From assembly GCA_046757165.1 (NCBI GenBank), contig JBHHXT010000035.1, positions 1 through 34,751 of the forward strand: a stretch of DNA of 34,751 nucleotides, in the 5' to 3' direction. The position numbers and the translations under genes are program-made. This document shows, piece by piece, positions 17,601 to 28,300 of the stretch. Position 1 is the stretch's first letter. The number at the start of each line of letters is the position of its first letter. The notes beneath the pieces were generated by a model. That model saw only the letters and a list, made by a program, of their open reading frames with translations. It made no database searches and had not been told where the DNA came from. Origin of the DNA: a bacterium. Lineage in GTDB: Bacteria > Zhuqueibacterota > Zhuqueibacteria > Oceanimicrobiales > Oceanimicrobiaceae.

Positions 17601-20600
17601 CTCCTGTTCACGGCCACTGGCCGGGCAGGCCGGGTCAACGTCATCACCAAGCTCTCCGGCGACGGGCAAACCGGTGACCGTGGTCAGCAATTGGCGCAGC
17701 CGTTTGTGGTGCAATTGCGAGATGAGTTCGGAAATCTGGCAGGAGATGCCCCGACCACCTGGACCATCATATCCGGCAACGGCACCCTGTCGCAGACGAG
17801 CCCGGTGACAACTGATGCGCAAGGCCAGGCGCAGAATACGCTGACGCTTGCAACCGATACCGGGCTGAATCAAGTCCGCGTGACCGCGGCAGGGTATTCC
17901 GGCCAGGATATCATTTTTGTAGCTACACCGAATCCGGGGGCGGCAGCCGCCATTACGCTCCATTCCGGCGATAGCCAGGTGGGAACAGCCAGCAAGCCCC
18001 TGGCAACCCCGCTGCGCGTTTCGGTGACCGACGATATCGGAACGCCGGTTCCCAATCACAGTGTGACCTTTGCGGTCACCGGTGGGAGCGGCAGCGTCGC
18101 GCCGGTAACAACGACCACACAGGCTGATGGGACGGCTGAGACCGTCTGGACCCTGGGGTCGGAGATCGGGGACGTGCATCAGGTGCAGGCTACGGCGTTG
18201 GGCGTGCCGGGGTCCGTGATTTTCAATGCCAGTGCGGCGCCGCCGGTCAGCTTTGAGCCTATCTCGCCGCTGGCACACCAGGGCATCGCTGGCATCCCAC
18301 TGCCGGACTCGATCAAGATCCGTATCAAAGACGCGCTCGGCGAAACCCTGCCAGACTATGAGGTGGAGTTCAGCATCATCACCGCGGGTGGGTTTGAACA
18401 GGGCCATGTCAACGGCAGCACCGACCCTGTGACGGTGCGGACCGACCAGAACGGCATTGCCAGAGTGGAATGGCGGCTCGGGCCCCAGGCGGGCACCAAC
18501 AACAACAAACTGCGCGCCACGGCTTCATTTTCCAATAACCCGATCAATGGCGCACCGATCGAATTCACCGCCTCCGCTCAAATCGGCACAGCGACAACTC
18601 TGATCGAAATCTCGGGGAATAATCAATCCGGTTTCATCGATACACAATTGGCTCAGCCTTTTGTGGTGCAGGTCACGGATGGCAACAATCCGGTGGAAGG
18701 GTGGCTGGTGGCGTTCGAGATGGTTGCCGGCGGCGGTCATTTTGACAATGGCCTGACAACGAGGAATGCCCCCACGGACGCAAATGGCCGCGCCTCGGTT
18801 TTCTACACCCTGGGCAGCGTCTCCGGTACGCCGCAGAACCCGTTCAACAACGTTGTTCGGGCGGTGGCCGAAAACGCGGGACAAGGGCTGACGAATTCCC
18901 CCATCGAATTTCGTGCTTCGGCGCTGGCCTCCAGCGCTGCCAACTTGCAGCCGGCCGGCGGCGACAATCAAACCGGCGCTGCCGGTGAGCCTCTGCCGCA
19001 GCAAATCAAAGTGCAAGTCACGGACGCGGCGGGCAACGGCATCAACGGCCATGAGGTCGTCTTCAAAGTCACTGCCGGCGGCGGGACGCTGAATGGCGAA
19101 ACCGATACTCAGGTCTCTGAAATCACGGACGGCACGGGCAATGCCGCCGTGACCTGGTACCTCGGGGGCACGCTCGGCACCAATTCCCAGAAACTGGAAG
19201 CCCGGGCCAATGACGGCATCAACGACTTGAGTGGCTCCCCGATGGTGTTCCAGGCGAGCTCGTTTGCCGGAGCGGTGGACCCGACGGTATCAACCGTGAC
19301 CTCTGATTTGACTGCGGTTCAGGCCAACGGCCAGGATAAAGCGACAATTACGGTGACATTGACCGACAAATTCGGCAATGCTATCCCGGACAAGGCCATC
19401 ACCTTGATCTCGAGTGGCAATGGCAACATCTTCACGCAACCGCAAAACCTGACAGACGCCAACGGCCGGGCCACGGGAACCCTGGCCTCGACCGTTGCGG
19501 AGATCAAGACGATTACCGCCAGAATCATCGGCGGCCTCATGCTGGAGTCCTCGGTAGACGTTGCGTTCATCCCTGAGCCACCGGAGCGGGTGACGCTCAA
19601 TGACGGCAATAATCAGACGACCAATGTGGGTACGGCCCTGCAACGGCCCATCGAGGTGATCATCACAGACCGGTTCAACAACCCGGTCCCGGGCGTGACG
19701 GTCAGGTTTGAGGTCATCGAGGGTGGTGGGTTTATTCTCAACACAAATTCTCCGCCGCCGGGAGAGTCACAAGTGCAACACAATGAAACCGTGACCAACA
19801 GCGAGGGAAAAGCGTGGGCCAACTGGGTAGTCGGGCCCGCACCTGATACGAACACGGCGATTGCACGGGCGTTCTTCAGCAACCAGGAGCTCAGTGGTTC
19901 GCCGGTGACGTTTACCGCGATTGCGGTCAATGCGACCGCGGTGCGGATGCAATTGCATGGCGGCGGCACCCAGGAGAATGTCTTTGCCGGCACGAAACTG
20001 CCGCAGCCTTTGGAAGTGAAGGTCACTGACAACAGCGGCAACCCCGTGGCCGGCGTGTCGGTCAATTTCAATGTGACGCTCGGCGAAGGCACGGTGGAAA
20101 ATCCGGCGCCGAAGTCCAACCACCTCGGCCTCGCTCGCACCGCCTTTACGCTTGGACCGACAGTGGGCGCCAATGAAGTGGATGCTACAAACAGCAATCT
20201 CAGTGGCTCGCCGGTCATCTTTCGCTTCGAAAGCGTCACGGGCGGCCCTTCCAAAATTATGCGTGAATCCGGCAATGATGGCACAGCCACGGTGAACGGA
20301 GCGCTGGTCGTTTCTATCAAGATCACGGATTTGTTTGACAACCCGGTAGAGAATGCGGACGCGAACTTCGAGGTGGTGCAGGGTGGTGGCGGCATTCTCA
20401 GCCACGATGAGAAAAGCAATTCACTCGGCGTCGCGCGCGCGACGGTGCTCATGCCGCAAAATGCAGCGGAGGTGCTGGTCAAGGCCTCGTCTGACGACTT
20501 ACCGGGATTCTTCGTCACGTTTACCTTGCACGCGGTGGCGGGCTCGGCCGCCAATCTCTTGCTGTATGATGGCGACAACCAGGAAGGGACCATCGCGCGA

Positions 20601-21986
20601 CCGCTGGTCTATCCGCTCCAGGTGCGGGTGACGGATGGGTTCGGCAACCCGGTCTCCGGAATCGAAATCCGGTGGATCGGTACGATTGGGGGGGGCAACG
20701 TGACTCCTGACAGGTCGACGACCGATGAAACCGGCGTTGCCGCGGCCGATTTTACGCTCGGCAGCCAGCCAGGCACCAACAAGGCGCAAGCTTTTTCTGC
20801 CATCAGCCTGAATCCTTCGCAAATCGAGTTTACAGCTATTGGCGTGAGTAACAACTTCCCGCAATTCGCGAACCTGGCGGACCAGCAGATTACAGAAGGC
20901 AGCCTCCTGCAATTCCAGGTGAGCGCAACCGATGCTGACGGAGATCCGGTGACCTACGAGGCGGAGAATCTGCCGGCAGGCGCTTCATTCAGTGCCGGCA
21001 GTGCCACGTTTCGCTGGACACCCGGACCGGACCAGGAAGGGGAACATGAGGTCACGTTTATTGCACGCGACAACCGCGGAGGTCTGGACGCCGGGACGGT
21101 CACCATCACAGTTCGAAACAACAACAATCCGCCTGTGATCGCCTCCTTTCAACCCGCTCAGACTGAGTTCGATGTTCTATGGGGGAGTGTCATTCATTTT
21201 TCTGTCCAGGTCGATGATGCGGACAATGACCACATCTCTTACGATTGGCGACTTTTCAGCGCCTTTGCGCCCAACGGACAATTGTTGTCGACCTCGCAAG
21301 CGTTCGATTTTGACACCAACAACACCGAACCGGCTACCGACTCCATTCGAGTAGTCGTGACCGATGGACAGGATGCGGATACGTTGAGCTGGGCGATCAG
21401 TGTTTTTGTGTCAGTTGAGCTGTCCAGTTTTTCCGCCGATTTCGCCGGTTTCGATGGCGTGAAAATTTCATGGCAAACCAGCCGCGAAATCAACAATGCC
21501 GGGTTTAACATTCTCAGAAGCACCACACCGGATGGCGACTACGCCCAGGTTAACGCCGAGCTCATTCCGCCTGACCAGGGGGGGCAGTACGAGTTCATCG
21601 ACCGCGATCTGGTTGTCGGCAGACGATACTTCTACATCCTGGAGGATGTCGATGTCAATGGCACTCGAACTGAGCATGGACCGATTCAAATCGATATCGC
21701 TGCGCCGAAAACGTTCCAGCTCAGCCAGAATTTTCCGAACCCGTTCAATCCGGACACCAAGATTCGCTACCAGCTACCACAGACTGGCAAGGTGACGATC
21801 AGGATTTTCGATGTGCTTGGCCGCGAAGTCAAAACGCTCGTAGACGAGCGCAAAGAAGCCGGCTTTCATGTCTTGACCTGGGACGCGAAGAATCAGGACG
21901 GAATTCGGGTCGCCTCCGGAATTTATTACTACAGCATTTCTGCCGGCGATTTCAAGATGACCAAGAAGATGCTTTTGCTCAAATAA
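14646..21986 (+). CDS. Large secreted protein: SGNH/GDSL hydrolase, two beta-sandwich repeats, FN3, CBM-like domain, many invasin-type Ig repeats, putative Ig, T9SS type A/FlgD-like C-terminus
   Basis: Signal peptide. IMPLGNSIT, HEGHDG, HIGTND, DNVHP (SGNH blocks). WTAKGDDG...YDLR (FN3). DIVLEAE (CBM6/35-like). Repeated GDxQxG...PLxVxVTD..GNPV units. Ends QNFPNPFNP...KKMLLLK. AGGAG RBS favours ATG 14646 over GTG 14637. Confidence 0.88.
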   Translation: MSKFQSSRISVTVLLTAMFAVSFSTDAFPQIKIMPLGNSITRGVTGSTDNAGYRNDLAQLLIGEGIFFDFVGSLVDGTGFDPSHEGHDGFRADQILQNINTYLNNSNPDMVILHIGTNDISNDQTSVSTRDDIAGIIDAIHAFDPSIKIILSSIVPRDDEKDAQTTTLNNLVEALFYTKRDDEGRNLFYAGANEIFKQNPTWQTDYLSDNVHPTDAGYNIMGEVFFNAVMVAFNSTTTEVTDNFERSSLGMTWDADPEYVIQNGDLANTATSGGTDWEQMATYKAIKNPTSVAVQWAADVDNAGLTEAGLALLLDAPSRTADGYLAWITPGDNQLHLWTIRNGVTDQDQLVVNPQSQASPPAAGSVLRVDVAVSLSNLQFDYYVNDIFAGSVTLSNPGVTGERYAGFISKHSLSNDIAEFSLKKTTDTTKPDFVDNLVASTPTATTITLGWTAKGDDGSTGQASSYDLRFSTFNINDANFEQAIPVTGVPAPALAGTPESFVVTALQPGTQYNFAIKVIDEAGNVSDISNIASATTVAGNVVVDDFNRSGLGSKWTTAPDYTIVNNQLSNTSLSDIQWNEMAVYNDRKKPTEVSFRWGDNADAGGIDQGGFLIVFGTPSANANGYAISRRTQTSELRLWEVVDGEVTNVIEKNSSPALSAPQPGDIVKIQIIGDDAANKFDFFKNGVFDGRVEDVSKIHDLGGDYWAGVALRGNRNNDLDDFTILLELGAPTNFVPIAGEAQVDTVNQELPIPLTVRITDDAGSPIQGINVNFAVIAGGGSVDVAPPKEDIVLEAENGVLTSPMVSATDAAASKGAYVHVPDGTGGDAQNPGIATYTINIETESDYLIWGRAIYPNPNADAFKVIVDGVAYNWDIGQRVGQDTWHWDAVTHRGSGTPRNPEIDPVVLHLVPGLHTIKIQEAKDGAKLDQFVITRLNSGFLPPADQGPVQAGGTFTDADGQASTKLRLGPAPGVNQVQATATGFSPLLFTATGRAGRVNVITKLSGDGQTGDRGQQLAQPFVVQLRDEFGNLAGDAPTTWTIISGNGTLSQTSPVTTDAQGQAQNTLTLATDTGLNQVRVTAAGYSGQDIIFVATPNPGAAAAITLHSGDSQVGTASKPLATPLRVSVTDDIGTPVPNHSVTFAVTGGSGSVAPVTTTTQADGTAETVWTLGSEIGDVHQVQATALGVPGSVIFNASAAPPVSFEPISPLAHQGIAGIPLPDSIKIRIKDALGETLPDYEVEFSIITAGGFEQGHVNGSTDPVTVRTDQNGIARVEWRLGPQAGTNNNKLRATASFSNNPINGAPIEFTASAQIGTATTLIEISGNNQSGFIDTQLAQPFVVQVTDGNNPVEGWLVAFEMVAGGGHFDNGLTTRNAPTDANGRASVFYTLGSVSGTPQNPFNNVVRAVAENAGQGLTNSPIEFRASALASSAANLQPAGGDNQTGAAGEPLPQQIKVQVTDAAGNGINGHEVVFKVTAGGGTLNGETDTQVSEITDGTGNAAVTWYLGGTLGTNSQKLEARANDGINDLSGSPMVFQASSFAGAVDPTVSTVTSDLTAVQANGQDKATITVTLTDKFGNAIPDKAITLISSGNGNIFTQPQNLTDANGRATGTLASTVAEIKTITARIIGGLMLESSVDVAFIPEPPERVTLNDGNNQTTNVGTALQRPIEVIITDRFNNPVPGVTVRFEVIEGGGFILNTNSPPPGESQVQHNETVTNSEGKAWANWVVGPAPDTNTAIARAFFSNQELSGSPVTFTAIAVNATAVRMQLHGGGTQENVFAGTKLPQPLEVKVTDNSGNPVAGVSVNFNVTLGEGTVENPAPKSNHLGLARTAFTLGPTVGANEVDATNSNLSGSPVIFRFESVTGGPSKIMRESGNDGTATVNGALVVSIKITDLFDNPVENADANFEVVQGGGGILSHDEKSNSLGVARATVLMPQNAAEVLVKASSDDLPGFFVTFTLHAVAGSAANLLLYDGDNQEGTIARPLVYPLQVRVTDGFGNPVSGIEIRWIGTIGGGNVTPDRSTTDETGVAAADFTLGSQPGTNKAQAFSAISLNPSQIEFTAIGVSNNFPQFANLADQQITEGSLLQFQVSATDADGDPVTYEAENLPAGASFSAGSATFRWTPGPDQEGEHEVTFIARDNRGGLDAGTVTITVRNNNNPPVIASFQPAQTEFDVLWGSVIHFSVQVDDADNDHISYDWRLFSAFAPNGQLLSTSQAFDFDTNNTEPATDSIRVVVTDGQDADTLSWAISVFVSVELSSFSADFAGFDGVKISWQTSREINNAGFNILRSTTPDGDYAQVNAELIPPDQGGQYEFIDRDLVVGRRYFYILEDVDVNGTRTEHGPIQIDIAAPKTFQLSQNFPNPFNPDTKIRYQLPQTGKVTIRIFDVLGREVKTLVDERKEAGFHVLTWDAKNQDGIRVASGIYYYSISAGDFKMTKKMLLLK

Positions 21987-22001
21987 AAGCTCGTCATCCA
22001 A

Positions 22002-22034
22002 AACCTTGCGAAGGTTTCAAACCTTCGCAAGGTT
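22002..22034. repeat. REP-like doublet palindrome, possibly also a terminator
   Basis: AACCTTGCGAAGGTTT-C-AAACCTTCGCAAGGTT is a perfect 16-bp inverted repeat whose arms are themselves hairpins. T-rich sequence follows. Confidence 0.7.
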
Positions 22035-22344
22035 GCTTTGAACTTTTTGTTGCATTTTTCCGCGAATGTGGCGGAATTCGGTAAGAATGAGTTAAGGAAG
22101 TGAATGGACTGTAACTTACCACAGGGAGTGTGAATTACACCTGATAGATGTTCTCGATGCTCTGAATCTGAGCTTTCTCTACTGCCCCACGATTGAACTG
22201 CTTCTTTGACTTGCTTCCTCGTGATTTATTTCCAAAAGTTGTCTGATGTCTTATGAACATTCTTGACATCCTTGTTCGGTTGTGCAAGAAATTTGCGAAT
22301 ACAGGAGGTAGGTTGGTATGGAGGATTTTGTTTGGAGAAGGAAA

Positions 22345-25300
22345 ATGACGCATAACGAAAATCCGATTCTAAAGACGGTGTGGCTGGTTATTGTGCTGCT
22401 TGCCGCTATCTCATCACAGGCCTTTGCGCAGACCAAGATCATGCCGTTGGGGAATTCCATCACCAAAGGGGTAGATGGCCCGTCCACCGACGATGCTGGC
22501 TATCGCAACGACCTGGACGGTTTGCTGACAGCAGAAGGGGTGGCATTCGATTTTGTCGGCTCCCAGTCTGACGGCGCTGGATTTGATACGGACCACGAGG
22601 GACACGATGGCTTCCGGGCCGACCAGATTGTGGCTGGCCTGGGCTCCTATCTAAGCGTCAACCCTGATGTCATCATTCTGCACATCGGGAGCAATGACAT
22701 CTCCGATGACCAGACCCCGGAGAGTACCCGTGATGAGATCGAATCTATCATCGACGCGGTTCACACATTCGATCCGGGTGTCAAGATTATCCTTTCGAGC
22801 ATTGTGCCACGTACCGACGACAAAGATGATGAGACCACGACACTGAACACCCTCATTGAGGATTTGTTTTACCGGAAACGGGATGATGATGGGCGCAATT
22901 TGTATTATGCCGGTGTCAACGAGCTGTTCAAGCACAATGCTACCTGGAACACGGATTACTTTGCGGCCAGCGATGCTGTTCATCCTAATGATGATGGCTT
23001 CAACGTCATGGCCAGGGTGTATTTTGACGCCCTGATGACTGCGATCAACATGACCACAACCGAGGTGACCGACAACTTCGAGCGCAGTGCCCTGGGCATC
23101 ACCTGGGACGCGGATCCGGAGTTCGTGATTCAAGGCGGCGATCTGGTGAACACCGCCACCACCGGTGCGGCCCGTTGGGAGTACCTGGCCACCTATCGCG
23201 CGATCAAGAATCCCAATAGTGTGGCGGTCAAGTGGGCCGCGGACGCCGACGTTGCCGGCATTGATGAAGGCGGTCTGGCCGTGCTTCTGGACGCGCCGAC
23301 CCGCACTGCAGACGGCTATCTGGCCTGGATTTCAGCGAGCGATAACGAGCTCCATCTCTGGACCATCACCAACGGCAGTGTTGATGTCGACCTGCTGGAC
23401 GTCAACCCGGTCAGCCTGGCGAGTCCGCCCGCGGCGGGCAAAATTGTACGCGTGGATGTGACCGTTGACCCTGCCGATATCAAATTTGATTACTTTGTGG
23501 ACAACGTGTTTGCCGGCAGCATTACGATTGCCAATCCGGGCCTGAGCGGAGACTGGTATGCGGGGGTCATTCTACGGCATGACCGCAACAATGATATCGA
23601 TGAATTCAGCCTGCTGAAAGCGACAGATACGACACCTCCTATGGCTGTCGATGATCTGACCGCCGGAACCGCCCTTGCGACTTCCATCCCGTTGACCTGG
23701 ACGGCAACCGGGGATGATGGCACGGAGGGGCTGGCGCGCCGGTATGATTTGCGGGTTTCGACACAGGCGATTACAGACGCCAACTTCGAAGCTGCTGACG
23801 AGGTCCTGGGTGTGCCCTCTCCCTCGGTTGCGGGAACGCTCGAAGAAACGATTGCCACGGGGCTACAACCCGGGACACAGTATTTCTTCGCCATCCAAGT
23901 CATCGATGAGGCCGGCAACGCCTCCGGAATCTCGAATCCTGCCAGCGCCACGACCGTGGCCGGAAACGTTTTTTCAGATGACTTCAACCGCACCACCGGC
24001 TTGGGCGAAAACTGGACTGCGGACGCAGCGTATGACATCGTCAACAACCGATTGAGCAACACCTCGACCGACGGATTGTGGGATGACATCGCCGTGTTGA
24101 CCGCGAGGAAAAACCCGGCCCAGGTCTCGTTTCGGTTTGCTGACAATTCCGATGTCACCGGCATCGACCAGACGGGATTTGTGATTGTCTTCGATTCCCC
24201 GACTTCTACGGCCAGCGGCTACGCCATCACCAGACGAACCGAGGACAATACACTCAGGCTCTGGCGCCTGGTTGATGGTGCAGTCCTTTCTATCATCGAC
24301 AAGGTACAGAACCCGCTGCTGGGTCCGCCAGCGCCCGGAGACGTGGTCAAGATACAGATCACCTCCGACGGCACGGCCAATAAATTCGATTACTATATCA
24401 ATGGCGTGTTTGATGGTCGGGTCGAGGACACCGCGTTTGAATATGATTTGTCACAGGATAATTGGGCGGGGGTGACGCTCAGAAGCAACTTGAACAATGA
24501 CATCGATGATTTCACCGTGCTGTTAGCGATTGGCGCACCAGCCAGCGTTCTGGTTACAGGCGGGGATGCGCAAATCGATACGGTGGGACGTCAGTTGCCA
24601 GAACCGCTTTGCGTCAAAGTGGTGGATGAAAACGACAGCCCGGTGCAGGGCGTCAATGTGAAGTTCGAAGTGATCGATGGCGGCGGCAGTGTGGATGTCA
24701 GCTTGCCTTCGGACGAAATCGTTGTCGAAGCCGAGTCCGGTACTCTGCATTCACCCATGGCGATCGGCGAGGATGTGGACGCTTCCAACGGCAAGTTTAT
24801 CGAGGTGCCAAACGGCTCCGGCGGCGGTGGCGGGAATCTGGGCTTTGTCGAGTATCTGATCAACATTGAGCAGGCGGGAGACTATGTCATGTGGGGCCGC
24901 GCGATCTACCCGGATGCCGAGAACGACGCCTTCCGGGTCATCGTTGGAGCGGACACGTTCAAGTGGGATGTTGGGCAGCGCGTCCATTCCGCGAGCTGGC
25001 ACTGGGACCAGGTGTCTCACCGGGGCAACGGCACGGCCAAGAAGCCTCAATTGGACCCGGTCATTTTTTCCTTCCAGGCCGGCATTCAGACGCTCATCGT
25101 TGGGGAAGCCAAAGACGGCACGAAATTGGACCAGTTTGTTTTGGCGCCGGTCGGCTCCGGCTTTGAGCCGCCAGCGGACCAGAGCGCCGTGGAGCCAGGC
25201 GGCGTCTTTACAGACGCAGAGGGTCTGGCGTGTGCCAATCTGACCCTGGGGCCGGTCCCCGGCGTCAATCTGGTGCAGGCGAGCGCCGTGGGGCTGCCCG

Positions 25301-28300
25301 TTGTGACGTTTACCGCGACGGGCGTCTCGCCAGCCATTGCGACGATCGAGAAGATATCCGGTGATGCACAAACCGGCGCGCAGGGACAACCCTTGCCCAA
25401 TCCGTTCGTGGTGCAACTGAGCGATGTGCAAGGCAATCCCGCCATCGGCGCGGAGGTGAATTTCGAGGTGCTGCCGCCCGGCGACGGCACCCTGTCGACC
25501 ACGAACCCGGTGATTGCGGATGCGCTTGGGCGCGCCAGCACGGTGCTGACGCTGGCGACCAATGCTGCCGTCAACCAGGTGCGGGTGACTGCGCCGGGAT
25601 ATTCAGGGCCGGAGGTGATTTTCACGGCGCTGATTCCTGCCGGCGATCCCGATAGAATCGTGCCCGTTGATGGCAATGATCAGAGCGGGACAGCCGGACA
25701 ACCGCTGGCTGTGCCGTTTCAGGTGCGAGTCACCGACCAGGATGATGTGCCGATTGTCGGTCATGCGGTGAGCTTCAGAGTGTTGGATGGCGGCGGCTCC
25801 CTGGAGGGCAGTGCCTCCCGTGAAATCGAAACAGATGCCCTGGGGATTGCAGCTGTAACGTTGACGCTCGGGCCGCAAGGAGGGGCGCTCAACCGGGTTG
25901 AAGCGGCTGCTCAGGGACTGGCTGGCTCGCCAATCATTTTCTCGGCCAATGCTGCGGTAGCGCAAGAGCTCGAACCGGTTTCTGATTTGCAGCAGCAGGG
26001 GGTGGCGAACTTGCCGCTCCCCGATTCAATGGAAGTACGAGTCGTCGATGCCCTGGGAGGGGGTCTGCCGAATCATGATGTTATTTTTACCATCACCGCC
26101 GGAGACGGGCTCGTCAATGGCCTGGCGCAAACCGTTGTGAAGACCGGTAGTCAGGGAATTGCAAGAGTTGAGTGGCGATTAGGGCCGGACATCGGCAGCG
26201 ACACACATACATTGCGCGCTGAAAGCGCGTTCAATGGCGATGCTCTCTCCGGCTCTCCAATCGTGTTCATCTCGGATGCGGAGGCAGGACCAGCAGAGAA
26301 TCTCAATCTGGTTTCTGGTAATGACCAGACGGGCACCATCGGCGAGCCGTTGGATGAGCCGTTGCGGGTCGAAATCACCGATATAGATGATGCGCCGGTG
26401 GCAGGTTGGCCTGTGACCTTTGAAGTCACAGCCGGTGACGGTAGCCTGGAAGGTGCCAGCAGCCAAACCGTGTTTACCGATAGCGAAGGTCTCGCCCGCG
26501 TGGTCTGGACCCTGGGGCCGAACGTTGGCATCGACAACAACACCGTTCAGGCCTCAGCGCCCCAAACTGCCAGCGAAATTTTTACAGCCTCGGCAAAAAT
26601 CAGCGCCGCAACGACGATCGAGCTGGTGGATGGCCTCGGCCAAACCGGCCCTGCTGGCCTTCCTCTGCCCACGAAGCTCAAAGTGCTGGTGACGGACAAA
26701 AACAGCAACGGGGTGGTTGGTCATATCGTGTCTTTCCGCATCGAAGGAGGGGACGGCACCATCAACGGCATCGCCCCTGGCGATACGCTCGAGCACATCA
26801 CCAGCAACGAAAATGGCGTGGCTGAGGTCACATGGTTCATGGGGGGCGAGCTTGGTGAAAACATCCAGGCCATTGAGATTACCTCTGAGGATGGTCTGAA
26901 CGACTTGAATGGCTCACCCACCCTGGTGGCGGCAACGGCCACCGTCGGCCCGGTCGATCCTAACGAGTCAGCGATTGATTCGGACAAGTCTGCGGTGCAG
27001 GCAAATGGGCAGGACCAGGCGCTGCTCACCGTTACGCTGACGGACAGGTTCGGCAACCCGGTCGCGGGCAAGGCCGTAACCCTGATGTCGGACAACGAGA
27101 ATGATACCATCGGGCAGCCGCAGGAGCTGACGAATGAAAACGGTCAAACGCAGGGCACTATTGCTTCCACCATCGCAGGGGAGCACACGATTTCGGCCAG
27201 GGTTGTCGGCGGCGTGCAGTTGAATCCCACCCTGGAATTAGCCTTCCTGTCAGTTGCACCCGAAAGCGTTGAATTGCGAGACGGCAACAATCAAGCGAGC
27301 AACGTCAGCACCGTTCTGCCTGCGCCCATCGAGGTCCTGGTCACCGATGAGTTTGGCAATCCGGTCCCCGGAATCACGGTGCAGTTTGACGTGACCGCAG
27401 GCGGCGGCTTCATTCTTCCTGAAAGTAGCGCGCAGCGTCAGGGCGCAGTCTCAGGCGTTTCGGTCGACAAAATCACCAGTGCCAACGGCATTGCACAGGC
27501 TTTCTGGGTGCTGGGCGCCAACCCAGGTGAGAACCGGGCTGAGGCCAGGGCTTTCTTCGACAATCAGGAGCTGGCAGGTTCGCCGGTTGACTTCGCTGCC
27601 ACAGGCCGGATCTCCTCGCCAGCCGCGATGAATTCGCACGGCGGCGACAACCAGGCGAGTGGCGCCGGCGCGCCGTTGCCGGAGCCGCTGCAAGTGCGCG
27701 TGACCGATTCTGGTGGCCTGCCGGTGGCCGGCGTAACCGTAGAGTTCGATGTTCTCGAGGGGGGCGGCTCGCTCTCCCGCACCAGAACCGATACCGACCA
27801 CGAGGGCGTTGCCGCAACGGTACTGACCCTCGGCCCGGAAGTGGGCAGCAATCGCGTTCGCGCCCAAGCCCCGGCGATCTCGGGGCAGCCGGCCGTGGAG
27901 TTCACGGCAGAGGGCTTGAGCGGTACACCGTCGAGAATGACGCGCGTCGCCGGGCATAACCAATCTGTCCCGGTCAACTCCGCACACGAGATCTCGGTGT
28001 TGATCACGGATCTGAATGACAACCCGATTGAAGGGGTTGAGGTGAGCTTCGAGGTCTTGTCAGGCGGTGCGACGCTTGGCGTTCCCCGGGTCACCACCGA
28101 TGGCGATGGTATCGCCGCCACCGAAGTACAACTGCCCACCGCGGCTGGCCAGATTCGGGTGCGTGTGACCTCCGGGCTTTTGCCAGGGTTCTTTGTTGAT
28201 TTCGTCATTCAGGCTGTTGCCGGCCCCGCGGCCACTATTGCCGAATTCGGCGGCAACGGCCAGGATGGCACGGTTGGCCGGCCGCTGGTCCTGCCGCTGC

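Noticed and set aside
14508..20593. Long minus-strand ORFs 14508-15782, 16230-17402, 17595-18407, 19613-20593
   Set aside because: They lie antisense within the 2449-aa gene. This is expected from GC-rich codon bias, and they have no protein motifs.
22263..22296. Promoter candidates upstream of the second giant gene (TTGACA; TGCAAGAAATTTGC)
   Set aside because: TTGACA lacks a convincing -10 at 16-18 nt, and the -24 position has TG rather than GG.
22135..22353. 72-aa minus-strand ORF between the paralogues
   Set aside because: No RBS or family features, and it overlaps the start and probable promoter region of the downstream gene.
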